64,000 bases of DNA. It comes from Chitinophaga pinensis (GTDB lineage: Bacteria > Bacteroidota > Bacteroidia > UKL13-3). The notes beneath the pieces were generated by a model. The model was not told the origin of the DNA, did no database searches, and worked only from the letters and a program-made list of their open reading frames with translations. Positions 49,201 through 57,400 of the stretch are shown here, piece by piece; within the stretch, counting starts at the first letter, position 1; every line of letters starts with the position of its first letter. A program made the position numbers and the translations under genes. Where the stretch lies: contig CALRNX020000003.1 in NCBI GenBank assembly GCA_943369665.1, positions 6,907 to 70,906 on the forward strand, given 5' to 3'.

Positions 49201-50719
49201 CGAATCGGCCTTCAAACATTTTATGCACGAAAGTTCCTCCAAGTGCAATATGCTTATAGATATAATGGTTGGCTTCTAAATAAGCGACCTGTGCATCTAT
49301 TTTGCTTTCAATATCATGAATATTAAATCCTTTTCCGTTGATCTCGGCTTTAAGTGATGTTTTACCAATAGCCGATTGTTGAACAAGACCTCCTATATTA
49401 AAATTGGTCAAAGCCAATTTTCCTGAATAAGAAGGAATGGTGGTGCTATTACCCAATTTCATGTTCAAATCACAGGAGCCACTTCCCAGTGTTGATTGAA
49501 ATTTTCCATAAGCAACAAAGTCATTATAAAATCCTGTATACCTACCATTAAATTTCATGTCTCCAAGTTGCGTTAACTCATCAGGCAAACCCATTGTCAG
49601 CAATCGTTCAAGATCTACTTTTGTTGTTGTGGCCTGATTCGCCTTAAGATCGAAAAAGGTTTCGTCAATATCCGGTAAGCCCTTTATCGTGCCATTTCCA
49701 TTAAGTTTGCTTTGGGTACCAAAGTCAACATCCATTGTTTTGATCTTGATGTTGTCAACAGTTCCGGTAACCTCGGCATCAACTTTAAAATGTTGAGTGT
49801 TTCCGGCCAAAGCATCTGAGAAGTATTGCAGGTCGCGCATATCTACTTCTCCTTCACGTACCAGTCCATACATGTTCACCTTTTGGTTAAAATCCCCCAT
49901 GTCGTCCCAGCTCTGGTAACGCATGTGAAAAGTATGGGCAATATGACTGTATGCTGTGTTTAACTCGAGGTTGTCAAACAACATTCCCTGTGGGTAGATG
50001 GTTGCAATGGTTTGAGCGTTTTTTACTTCTATACCGCTTCGTTCTGCGCAGGCAAGTTTTCTCAGGTCAAAGTGGAGAGAGTCTTCTATGATCCAAAAAT
50101 CGCGGGCAACAATTTCAATATGGTGAAAGTCTTCGTTAAGACCGTCAAATCCGCTTGTTTCAAATGCCGAAGTGGAATCAATTAATCTAAAACGTGAATT
50201 GTGGCATGCCACCCTGTTAAAATAAAGCTGGAAAGGAGGGCTGAGGGTATCGGGAATAGTATCGTTTGGGTCCAAAATATTGAATAATACATCAATATTA
50301 AATGTGCTATCGGGATAGGTTACTATTTTGCAATAACCTCCTTCTACAATAACATCGTTGAGTGTAAGCTTAAGTTTTTCGGAGTTAAAACCACCCAAAT
50401 TAAAACGTAATTCATCCACAAAAAACAAGGTGTCATTTTTTTGATCACCCCAGTACACATTATCTAATGCAAAACCATTAAAGGGAAAATACTTAATGCG
50501 GTCAATCGTAATCTTTGTTTTAAATTGCGCGCTCAAATAGCTTGTAGCCTTGGAAGTAATCCATGTTTGAAACCTACTGCTGTTAAATACAATAAGAGTG
50601 AGCAGGAGCAAACTTAAAAAGATGCCCAGCAAGGAGTAGAAGATGTATTTAATTGTTTTTTTCAAACCCGGAATCGCCAAATATACAGAATAGAAAAATT
50701 TTATAAAAGCAGATGCCAA
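46274..50719 (-). CDS. tamB: Translocation and assembly module protein TamB-like (DUF490 C-terminus)
   Basis: 1481 aa. A single N-terminal TM anchor, a very long beta-rich body and a conserved C-terminal DUF490-like end. The start is a TTG that overlaps the divergent tsaD start, so the exact start is uncertain. Confidence 0.8.
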   Translation of the reverse strand: MASAFIKFFYSVYLAIPGLKKTIKYIFYSLLGIFLSLLLLTLIVFNSSRFQTWITSKATSYLSAQFKTKITIDRIKYFPFNGFALDNVYWGDQKNDTLFFVDELRFNLGGFNSEKLKLTLNDVIVEGGYCKIVTYPDSTFNIDVLFNILDPNDTIPDTLSPPFQLYFNRVACHNSRFRLIDSTSAFETSGFDGLNEDFHHIEIVARDFWIIEDSLHFDLRKLACAERSGIEVKNAQTIATIYPQGMLFDNLELNTAYSHIAHTFHMRYQSWDDMGDFNQKVNMYGLVREGEVDMRDLQYFSDALAGNTQHFKVDAEVTGTVDNIKIKTMDVDFGTQSKLNGNGTIKGLPDIDETFFDLKANQATTTKVDLERLLTMGLPDELTQLGDMKFNGRYTGFYNDFVAYGKFQSTLGSGSCDLNMKLGNSTTIPSYSGKLALTNFNIGGLVQQSAIGKTSLKAEINGKGFNIHDIESKIDAQVAYLEANHYIYKHIALGGTFVHKMFEGRFDMNDENAEVHFDGTIDLNKEIPLYKFKATVDYADLKALHFDTSNMVLSTKIDIDFSIQNIDNNEGEINLNKILFIKNGIDYPIENIRLKSTINGNKKSIAITSDMLSAQIQGQYVFSSMWSSFKNICFQAAPDYFHPITLPNQSTENFTFKIDIIDTRVLSDLFFPSVNIAGANFKGGLNNTNNSFNIEGEIEALSYNDYTLNQISTQESIERGNGTISLAIGTLSNRDTMLAQKISIQSYLNKNEINSTFLVADTLGFIQTTLFANTLFSDQTILTKFDSSQITYKHKQIQIGNNANILYSKATNQFSITNLNLFHDQEHIALNGFYAPQKDYHFTANLDNVHLSIINLIFQKSNIKIRGEANGEITLQGNHHNFMINTSLALDTVVLDNDSIGNFTIASNYDEQQKRFVSVVKSTAGQLKNLELGGYIDTRKSPYEVNFNLAFAESDLRSFQAFIKEDATIFYGRVSAKCKLTGTVNKLVVDGDIHLNQVLARIEYLKTVYAFNTTIGFTQNTININPFQVTDIYGKKAKVSGSISHQYFSNFMYNIQLNELNGFQVLNTTSKDNTLFYGKAYATGKLSITGPQDDLMLEATLKSTKGTVFNIPLSESQDEDGDALLNFVNKDTTLKSVNMQDKSSLIGFRMNMFVTITPDAQIQLVFDETQDDKIIGTGQGALQMELTKQGNFNIYGDVTIEDGEYKFTAIDIFTRKFTLKRGGSIIWTGDPLQAKMNIQGLYKIRSADVSKLLPSSDSTRKLVAVECLLNLKGYLTAPEIGFDLNFPDNNNALLGNNASALENTLRRLRNEPDLMQQQVVSLMLFNTFVSMQGVTQQNPDIASEINNTLSSLISAQTNSILGKVAPGLNVSTDYRLPDEKAGAGAQAYFSASKRFLNDKFELRASIDMLNTGTSNITGQYNLRPDGNLKLIGFNRSAKSVINTGYTQNVNSQGVGLYYRKEFDSFSELLRKKQKQIIIPNN

Positions 50720-51720
50720 ACCAATCCTTAATCAATATTCTTGCCATTGAATCTTCTTGCGATGATACTGCCGCGGCTGTTATTCAAAACGGAGTTGTGT
50801 TGAGCAATATTGTAGCCGGGCAAAAAGTACATGAAAAGTATGGGGGAGTGGTGCCCGAATTGGCTTCAAGGGCGCATCAGCAAAATATTGTACCGGTGGT
50901 GGATGTGGCCTTAAAGGAAGCCAATATTGCCAGGCATGATCTACATGCGGTTGCTTTTACAGCCGGTCCCGGATTGATTGGTTCGTTGATGGTGGGAGTA
51001 TCGTTTGCCAAATCATTGGCTTTGGCGCTTCAAGTTCCTTTGATTGAAGTGAACCATATGCAAGCTCATGTATTGGCACATTTTATTGATGAACCCAAGC
51101 CGAAGTTTCCATTTTTATGTCTTACCGTTTCGGGCGGACATACCATGATCACCGTGATGCATGATTTTTTCAGAGGAGAGGTAATCGGGCAAACCAATGA
51201 TGATGCAGCCGGTGAAGCTTTTGACAAAGCAGCTAAAATTTTGGGACTTCCGTATCCGGGTGGGCCACTTATTGATAAGTATGGGGCGAATGGGAATCCT
51301 AAAGCATTTGTGTTTCCCAAACCCAATATTCCTGATTTGAATTATAGTTTCAGTGGATTAAAAACGGCCTACCTTTATTTTGTGCAGGATCATGTAAAGA
51401 ACAATCCTCAATTTATAGAGCAAAACCTTGCTGATGTATGTGCTTCCATCCAATATTCAATCATTCACCATTTGATGAAAAAACTGATATTGGCAAGCGA
51501 ACAAACCGGTATTAAACAAATAGCCTTGGCAGGAGGTGTTTCGGCAAATTCCGCTTTGCGCAAAACTTTGGAAGAAGAAGGCAAAAAACGAGGTTGGCAA
51601 ACATTTATCCCGGCCTTCGAGTATTGTACAGATAATGCTGCCATGATTGCAATTGCTGCTCATTATAAGTTTTTGGAACAAAACTTCACTACTCAAGCGA
51701 TTTCGCCTTACGCCCGTTAG
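50713..51720 (+). CDS. tsaD: tRNA N6-adenosine threonylcarbamoyltransferase
   Basis: ILAIESSCDDTAAAV N-terminus. HMQAHV and SGGHT metal-binding blocks. 335 aa. Confidence 0.95.
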   Translation: MPNQSLINILAIESSCDDTAAAVIQNGVVLSNIVAGQKVHEKYGGVVPELASRAHQQNIVPVVDVALKEANIARHDLHAVAFTAGPGLIGSLMVGVSFAKSLALALQVPLIEVNHMQAHVLAHFIDEPKPKFPFLCLTVSGGHTMITVMHDFFRGEVIGQTNDDAAGEAFDKAAKILGLPYPGGPLIDKYGANGNPKAFVFPKPNIPDLNYSFSGLKTAYLYFVQDHVKNNPQFIEQNLADVCASIQYSIIHHLMKKLILASEQTGIKQIALAGGVSANSALRKTLEEEGKKRGWQTFIPAFEYCTDNAAMIAIAAHYKFLEQNFTTQAISPYAR

Positions 51721-51917
51721 ATCAATTCGTTAGAAAAAAATCACATTTTTGTTTTTGTCAGGGTTGACAATGGTTAACATGTGATTTAATGTCATTAATA
51801 AGGTGTTTTTCACAATAAGTGGAAGCAATGAAGCACGGGTAAATTTGGAATTCTCCTATCGGTTCCTATATTTTTGTTCTTTATGGGGTGAAGTAGCACT
51901 CCCAATCAATTGACTGA

Positions 51918-53174
51918 ATGAAAAACTTTTTTCAATATATATTATCATTTGCAATAGTTGGCTCCGTTGCCGTTTCTGTTGAAGCACAGCGTGTAACCAT
52001 ACCTGCCGATGAGCAGCAATTGGCCCTTATTGATAGCAATACCATTAAGTGGCGCAATAAGTTGTACCCTGAAATTGCACAGGGTGATTTGAATATTTAT
52101 GGGTTTGAGCAAACGGATGTGCCTATTTATGCCGATTCTGTTTATGCATACCGATTGGCTGTATTGGAATCGGAGATTCCGCTCGAGTACAATGAATATG
52201 TACGCCCTTATATCGACCTGTATTCGATCAGGAGACGTAAGCTTACCAGTAAAGTATTGGCCTGGAGTCAATATTATTTTCCAATGTTTGAAGAAGCATT
52301 GGACAGGGCCAATATGCCAATGGAGTTAAAATATCTTGCCGTTATTGAGTCGGCATTGAATCCAAGCGCTACCTCTCCTGTTGGTGCTGCCGGTATGTGG
52401 CAGTTTATGGCTCCAACGGGCAGGATGTATGGATTGAAAACCACGGCAGCTTATGACGAAAGACGTGATGTTCAGAAATCGACCGAAGCCGCTATTCTGT
52501 ATTTGCGTAATTCTTATCGGATTTATGGCGACTGGTTGTTGGTTATTGCATCATACAATTGCGGTCCGGGTAATGTGAACAAAGCGATCCGTAAAGCAGG
52601 CGGGGTCAAGAATTTTTGGGCGATCCAACAGTATTTACCTCGTGAAACCAGAGGGTATGTTCCTGCATTTATTGCAGCAACGTATGTGATGGAATATGCT
52701 TCTGAGCATAATATTTATCCGAGTGAAGAGGTTCAGTTTGTGAAACATACGGATACAGTGATGGTGGATAACAGCTACTCGCTAAATCAACTTGCATTAA
52801 AGTTAAACATGAGCGTTGATGAATTAAAAGCATTTAACCCAGCTTTGCGCAAAGGTATTATCCCGTTTAACAATGAGAAAATAGCACTGACACTTCCTTA
52901 TAATAAGGCGATTGCATTTACGAACGCCAATGCCGATACGGGTTTCAGAAACAAAATGAATACGGAGGCGATTGCGTTAAACAAGCAGATCCAAACGGAG
53001 AAAAAAGGAATTCCCGCTCAAACCACCTACAAGGTACGCAGGGGCGATGAGCTTGCAAGCATTGCCAAGAAGTATGATGTAACAGTAAAAGATATTAAGC
53101 GTTGGAATCACCTCAAAGGAAATAAAATAATGGCTGGCCAGAAACTCAAAATTAAGCCGACCAATAAAGGATAA
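51918..53174 (+). CDS. Lytic transglycosylase (SLT domain) with C-terminal LysM, MltD-like
   Basis: Signal peptide. SLT catalytic block LKYLAVIESALNPSATSPVGAAGMWQFM. LysM module YKVRRGDELASIAKKYDVTVKDIKRWNHL. Confidence 0.88.
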   Translation: MKNFFQYILSFAIVGSVAVSVEAQRVTIPADEQQLALIDSNTIKWRNKLYPEIAQGDLNIYGFEQTDVPIYADSVYAYRLAVLESEIPLEYNEYVRPYIDLYSIRRRKLTSKVLAWSQYYFPMFEEALDRANMPMELKYLAVIESALNPSATSPVGAAGMWQFMAPTGRMYGLKTTAAYDERRDVQKSTEAAILYLRNSYRIYGDWLLVIASYNCGPGNVNKAIRKAGGVKNFWAIQQYLPRETRGYVPAFIAATYVMEYASEHNIYPSEEVQFVKHTDTVMVDNSYSLNQLALKLNMSVDELKAFNPALRKGIIPFNNEKIALTLPYNKAIAFTNANADTGFRNKMNTEAIALNKQIQTEKKGIPAQTTYKVRRGDELASIAKKYDVTVKDIKRWNHLKGNKIMAGQKLKIKPTNKG

Positions 53175-53177
53175 TAA

Positions 53178-53215
53178 GAAAGCTGAATTCATTATGTTGA
53201 GGTCAGCTTTTCTAT
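53178..53215. terminator. Possible shared terminator hairpin between mltD-like gene and the convergent cassette
   Basis: AAAGCTGA (53179-86), a 16-nt loop, TCAGCTTT (53203-10), followed by TCTATTCTT. A modest stem and a poor T-run. Confidence 0.4.
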
Positions 53216-53222
53216 TCTTAAC

Positions 53223-53594
53223 CTATTTTTTTATCAATACACAGTAAGAGTGGGATTGCCCATTATTAAGATTAATGTTAAATTCTAATATTCCTTCTTT
53301 TTCAAAAACGAAATTGCCAATGTTTAAGACTAATCTGTTTTTGTTTTTTCCTTGAAAGTTTAATGTGAAATTTTGAGACAATTTTTCTTCGTTAGCTAGT
53401 AAAACCCGTAAATTAAAGTCTTGTTCATCTGATTCTCCATTAGTCTTTTCAAGAAGACAGAAAAATGCTGATTTTTGAAGATTGGTTGGAAATTCTGGAG
53501 CGTTTATTTCCTCAATCATATTAATTAAAGATACTGTATTAGTTGCTTTGTCTACTAATACGCTTTCAAAAAGCCCGAGACTAATTACTTTCAT
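53223..53594 (-). CDS. Cassette gene 3: hypothetical 123-aa protein, no family recognised
   Basis: Its ATG overlaps the stop of the upstream gene (ATGA at 53594-53591). No TM segment or signal peptide. Looks beta-rich by eye. Very AT-rich coding sequence. Confidence 0.65.
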   Translation of the reverse strand: MKVISLGLFESVLVDKATNTVSLINMIEEINAPEFPTNLQKSAFFCLLEKTNGESDEQDFNLRVLLANEEKLSQNFTLNFQGKNKNRLVLNIGNFVFEKEGILEFNINLNNGQSHSYCVLIKK

Positions 53595-54001
53595 ATGGAA
53601 CTATGGCTTATTATTAGTTTGTGTGTATTATCTACCGGAACTGCCTGATGATTAACATTAACATCAATATTGGTTTGTGCTGTCGGCTCATTGATTATAA
53701 TGCTGATAACCTCTTTTGCCCAATATATATTCCTAACTGATAACAAGTCAATAGTTTTAAAGTTAAAGTCTCCTTTTATATATAATGAACCTATATACAA
53801 ATAGAATTTTTGAATATCTTCTATTTCAATATTTTTGTTTTTCAATAGATCATTTAATAATGATACTATTTTATCCGTACTATTCTGTTTTGAAAAGTCA
53901 TAACACACAGAACTATTCGTAACTTTTTTGAATAGAAAATATGGGACATTTGAATATAACAATGCCTCTGATATTTCTTTTAAGTTTATAGTCGTTGTCA
54001 T
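53591..54001 (-). CDS. Cassette gene 2: hypothetical 136-aa protein, no family recognised
   Basis: Its ATG (54001-53999) shares one base with the stop of gene 1 (TAATG). No TM segment or signal peptide. Asn/Ile/Lys-rich. Confidence 0.65.
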   Translation of the reverse strand: MTTTINLKEISEALLYSNVPYFLFKKVTNSSVCYDFSKQNSTDKIVSLLNDLLKNKNIEIEDIQKFYLYIGSLYIKGDFNFKTIDLLSVRNIYWAKEVISIIINEPTAQTNIDVNVNHQAVPVDNTHKLIISHSSI

Positions 54002-54597
54002 TACAGAGTTAAATTATGATTGATTTTATAAATAGAGTCAAAGTCGTACATCCTTTCGGGAAATACTCTGTAAAACTCTAATGTAGTATTCGCATTCCAA
54101 TAAAAGCAATATTGATGAGGATGTATAAGTTCATCGCCATTTCCCCATTTGCTAACTATTGTAAAGCTAAGATTTTCTTTTTGTATTACTATTCCACAAT
54201 GCACAAAAAAACCATTTTCCTTATAAATAATAACATCCCCAGCCATTACATGTTTTTCTGCAACTTTTCTATAGTTGTCATGTTTCAGAATATTTTCAAT
54301 GTCTTCATTCTCAAAGATCCTCGCTCTTCGTGACGCAAAAACTAGTCCAAGGCAGTTATAATAGCCACAAGGGCCGCTTCTAAGTTTTGCTAGAGGGAAT
54401 TTCTGCCGCATGTCCAATATAGTTTTCATATCATGAACTGACAAATCATCTGTAAAATGATTATTTGCAATACGCTCATCTCTTCTTGTCCTTAATTTAA
54501 TGGCGTCTTCCTGTTTTCCCGTGAGTAAATACATTTTTTGAATAGTAGGCTGTTCAAAACTAACAAAAAAAAGCAAACCCCAAAGCCAACGTGACAT
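54001..54597 (-). CDS. Cassette gene 1: candidate papain-fold (NlpC/P60/CHAP-like) Cys-His enzyme, 198 aa
   Basis: PCGYYNCLGLVF (Cys82) is followed by GDVIIYKENGFFVHCGIV (His133) and IVSKWGNGDELIHPH. An alternative start at 54534 (MYLLTGK) would remove the hydrophobic N-terminus WLWGLLFFVSF. Confidence 0.65.
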   Translation of the reverse strand: MSRWLWGLLFFVSFEQPTIQKMYLLTGKQEDAIKLRTRRDERIANNHFTDDLSVHDMKTILDMRQKFPLAKLRSGPCGYYNCLGLVFASRRARIFENEDIENILKHDNYRKVAEKHVMAGDVIIYKENGFFVHCGIVIQKENLSFTIVSKWGNGDELIHPHQYCFYWNANTTLEFYRVFPERMYDFDSIYKINHNLTL

Positions 54598-54715
54598 TTT
54601 TCACTTTTTATTTTATTTAGCTTTAGGACTTGATTCTGAATAATCAAAGAACGAATTATATATGTAAAATATTGGATACATTCTTCTAGTCAAAGGTTAT
54701 TTATACTATAGTATT

Positions 54716-55366
54716 TTATTTCTGCCAACCCTTTTCGCCAATCAGGGGCACAAAGGCAAAAGAATCCAGTTCAATTGTTTCGGTTGTGTGTTCTCCGGTT
54801 TTAATGATACTCAGCATTTTTTGTTTTTTGCTATCGCCAACCGGGATAACCATGATTCCGCCTAATTTTAATTGCGCAACAAGTGTTTCGGGAACTACGG
54901 GCGCTCCGGCAGTCACAATAATTTTATCGAAAGGGGCTTTTTCAATCCAGCCTTTGGTCCCATCGCCACATTTCAATATCGGTTTAAATCCCAGTTTTTG
55001 TAGTTGTTTCGCTGCTTTAATGCTCAAGGATTCATGTCTCTCAATACTATACAGTTTGGCTCCCATTTGCAATAAAACAGCAGCCTGGTATCCGCTTCCG
55101 GTTCCTATTTCCAAAACTTTATCTCCTGGAGTAATATGCAAAACCTGGGTTTGATAAGCGACTGTATAGGGCTGCGAAATTGTTTGTCCTTCGCCAATAG
55201 GAAAGGCTTTATCTTCATAAGCATGGGAATGAAACGTGGAGCTAAAAAAGAAATGACGGGGAATCGTTTGGATAGCTGAAAGCACCTTCGTGTCAGTAAT
55301 TCCTTTGGATATTAAGAGCTCAACCAGTTTTTTTCGGGCTCCTTTGTGTTTGTAGTCGTCTGTCAT
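54716..55366 (-). CDS. pcm: Protein-L-isoaspartate O-methyltransferase
   Basis: Trimmed from 55483 to the ATG at 55366 (MTDDYKHKG). Has GQTISQPYTVAYQ and the SAM-binding VLEIGTGSGYQAAVL. Confidence 0.9.
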   Translation of the reverse strand: MTDDYKHKGARKKLVELLISKGITDTKVLSAIQTIPRHFFFSSTFHSHAYEDKAFPIGEGQTISQPYTVAYQTQVLHITPGDKVLEIGTGSGYQAAVLLQMGAKLYSIERHESLSIKAAKQLQKLGFKPILKCGDGTKGWIEKAPFDKIIVTAGAPVVPETLVAQLKLGGIMVIPVGDSKKQKMLSIIKTGEHTTETIELDSFAFVPLIGEKGWQK

Positions 55367-55541
55367 ATTCACCTGCAAATACGCCAATATATAGCGGTGG
55401 AATGTGCGCAATTTTAAACAAACGGTTAAAAGTATCGGAAGGGGTGTATAGTTTTTAGTGTTTTTCTGAAAACCAACAATCATAAACGTGTATAACTGAG
55501 GATGAGAAAAATATTTAATCCCCCCATTTTTGATCTGTCAA

Positions 55542-56480
55542 ATGATAAAAATAGGGATAATAGGCGCAAATGAATTAAGCAGAAGGCATATTGCCCAACT
55601 GGTTCAGATACCCGATTTCGAAATTGTAGGTTTATTTGATCATGATGGCCATAATGCAGCATCTTTTGCAAAGGAACTCTCCATTCCTTTTTTTGATTCC
55701 CTGCAGCTATTGCTTAATGTGGTGGATGCCGTTGATATTGCATCTCCTGTAGGTACGCACTTTAAGTATGCTTCACAATCCATTATGCAGTCGGTTCATG
55801 TATTGTTAAGTGGTTTATTGTCTGAGGATATCAGGGAAGCCAAACAATTGAACGACCTGGCCATCGAAGCCAATGTGAGCCTGAAAATACTGCATGAGGA
55901 AAAATTCCATCCCGAGATCAAAGCCTTAAGGCGCCTGGTTAAAAAACCAACTTATATTGAGTGTAACCGATTTAAGAATAAAGTACTGAGCATTTCCAAC
56001 GACTCAATCATCTTTGGGATGGTGTTATTGGATGTTGATCTATTGATATCAATTGTTGGTAGCAATGTGCGTAAGGTGGTTTCCAATGCTTCCAAAGTAT
56101 TTAATGAATATGCAGATTTTATCAATGTACGTATTGAGTTTGAAAATGGGTGCATTGCCAATATCAACTGCGGGAACTTTGAAAAGCCGGAAAGCAATTC
56201 AATTCGTATTTACCAAAAAAACGAATGCATTACACTTGACCTGGAAAAGTTTGATCTTACCAAGTTGCTCAAATCTGATACCGGTGAATATAAGGAAGTT
56301 CCCGTTAACCAAAGCCGAACCAAAGGGCAGGATGTGGTAAAGCTTGAGCTTGAGGATTTCGCCCAGGCTATCTTAAGCCGCAAAAGGATCACCCAGGATA
56401 CTTACCAGTCTTACCAGTCGCTTCGTATTGCCCACCAGATCATCGAAAAACTGCATCCAAGTACTTTGTTTGATGCATAG
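55542..56480 (+). CDS. Gfo/Idh/MocA-family oxidoreductase
   Basis: Trimmed from TTG 55530 to the ATG at 55542. MIKIGIIGANELSRRH is a Rossmann start typical of the family. About 312 aa. Confidence 0.75.
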   Translation: MIKIGIIGANELSRRHIAQLVQIPDFEIVGLFDHDGHNAASFAKELSIPFFDSLQLLLNVVDAVDIASPVGTHFKYASQSIMQSVHVLLSGLLSEDIREAKQLNDLAIEANVSLKILHEEKFHPEIKALRRLVKKPTYIECNRFKNKVLSISNDSIIFGMVLLDVDLLISIVGSNVRKVVSNASKVFNEYADFINVRIEFENGCIANINCGNFEKPESNSIRIYQKNECITLDLEKFDLTKLLKSDTGEYKEVPVNQSRTKGQDVVKLELEDFAQAILSRKRITQDTYQSYQSLRIAHQIIEKLHPSTLFDA

Positions 56481-56517
56481 TGCGTTTATTTGAGGTATTC
56501 GAATAAATTTGCCAAAG

Positions 56518-57396
56518 ATGAAATCCCTTAATTACATCCTTATACTATTCTTTTGTTTCACCATATCTGCATGCAGCATGATCGGAGAGGAAGCTGTAAT
56601 GGTACCTTCTTATGTATGTGTACCTTCTTATAGTTTTCAAACCGACTCCAATACGCAGGGTTATAATTCAGAGGGATTTAACGATATGTGGATTTCCAAT
56701 GAGGGAATATTGCTGGGCACGATCGGTCTTCCTTCTTTGATCCCTGTACAAAGTGTAGGGCCAACGGAAATCAGAATTGATGCAGGGATTTCAGTTACCG
56801 GTCAAACAGGTGTGCGCACAGCTTACCCATTTATGGCAACTCATACTGAAGTCAGAAATTTGCAAGCAGGTGTAATTGATACATTTGTTCCTGTGTTCAG
56901 GTATTTACCGGGAACCGATTTTAAGTTTATTGAAGATTATGATCGGGCCACACGTGCATTCAAAGTTAACCCTTCGTATTATTTGCCTGGCGATACTGTT
57001 ATTCCCGTAAATGATGGTCGCGCCTGGCGTATTGGGAACAATTCAGGCAAAATAGAAATTGCCAGTGGGCATCAACAATTGCAACTCATATCAGGAGAAT
57101 ATGAACTGGTAGGGCAAGGTTCTCCGGTTTACCTCGAAATTGATTACAAGAGTAATCTGAACCTGGATATCGGTTATTATTTTGATAATGCGATTGACGG
57201 AACGAGTGGAGCGCTCTCTGTTATTCAAACCTATCCTACTGAAAAGTGGAAGAAATTGTATATCGACTTAACCAATGAAGTTGCAACAAGAAGAGCAGGC
57301 AGCAAGTTCATTATCTATATTGCTATTGTAAATGTACAAAATATAGTGCCTGATATTTATATTGATAACGTTAAGCTAGTAGGTTTTAAAGGCTGA
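56518..57396 (+). CDS. Lipoprotein, unknown function
   Basis: Trimmed to the ATG at 56518. Lipobox FCFTISACSM. Beta-rich. No motif recognised. Confidence 0.6.
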   Translation: MKSLNYILILFFCFTISACSMIGEEAVMVPSYVCVPSYSFQTDSNTQGYNSEGFNDMWISNEGILLGTIGLPSLIPVQSVGPTEIRIDAGISVTGQTGVRTAYPFMATHTEVRNLQAGVIDTFVPVFRYLPGTDFKFIEDYDRATRAFKVNPSYYLPGDTVIPVNDGRAWRIGNNSGKIEIASGHQQLQLISGEYELVGQGSPVYLEIDYKSNLNLDIGYYFDNAIDGTSGALSVIQTYPTEKWKKLYIDLTNEVATRRAGSKFIIYIAIVNVQNIVPDIYIDNVKLVGFKG

Positions 57397-57400
57397 TTGA

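Noticed and set aside
50713-50719. 7-bp overlap of the divergent tamB-like (TTG) and tsaD (ATG) start codons
   Set aside because: This is most likely an artefact of the ORF track extending the tamB-like frame to the first possible TTG. The true tamB start cannot be fixed from sequence alone. I do not consider it biologically meaningful.
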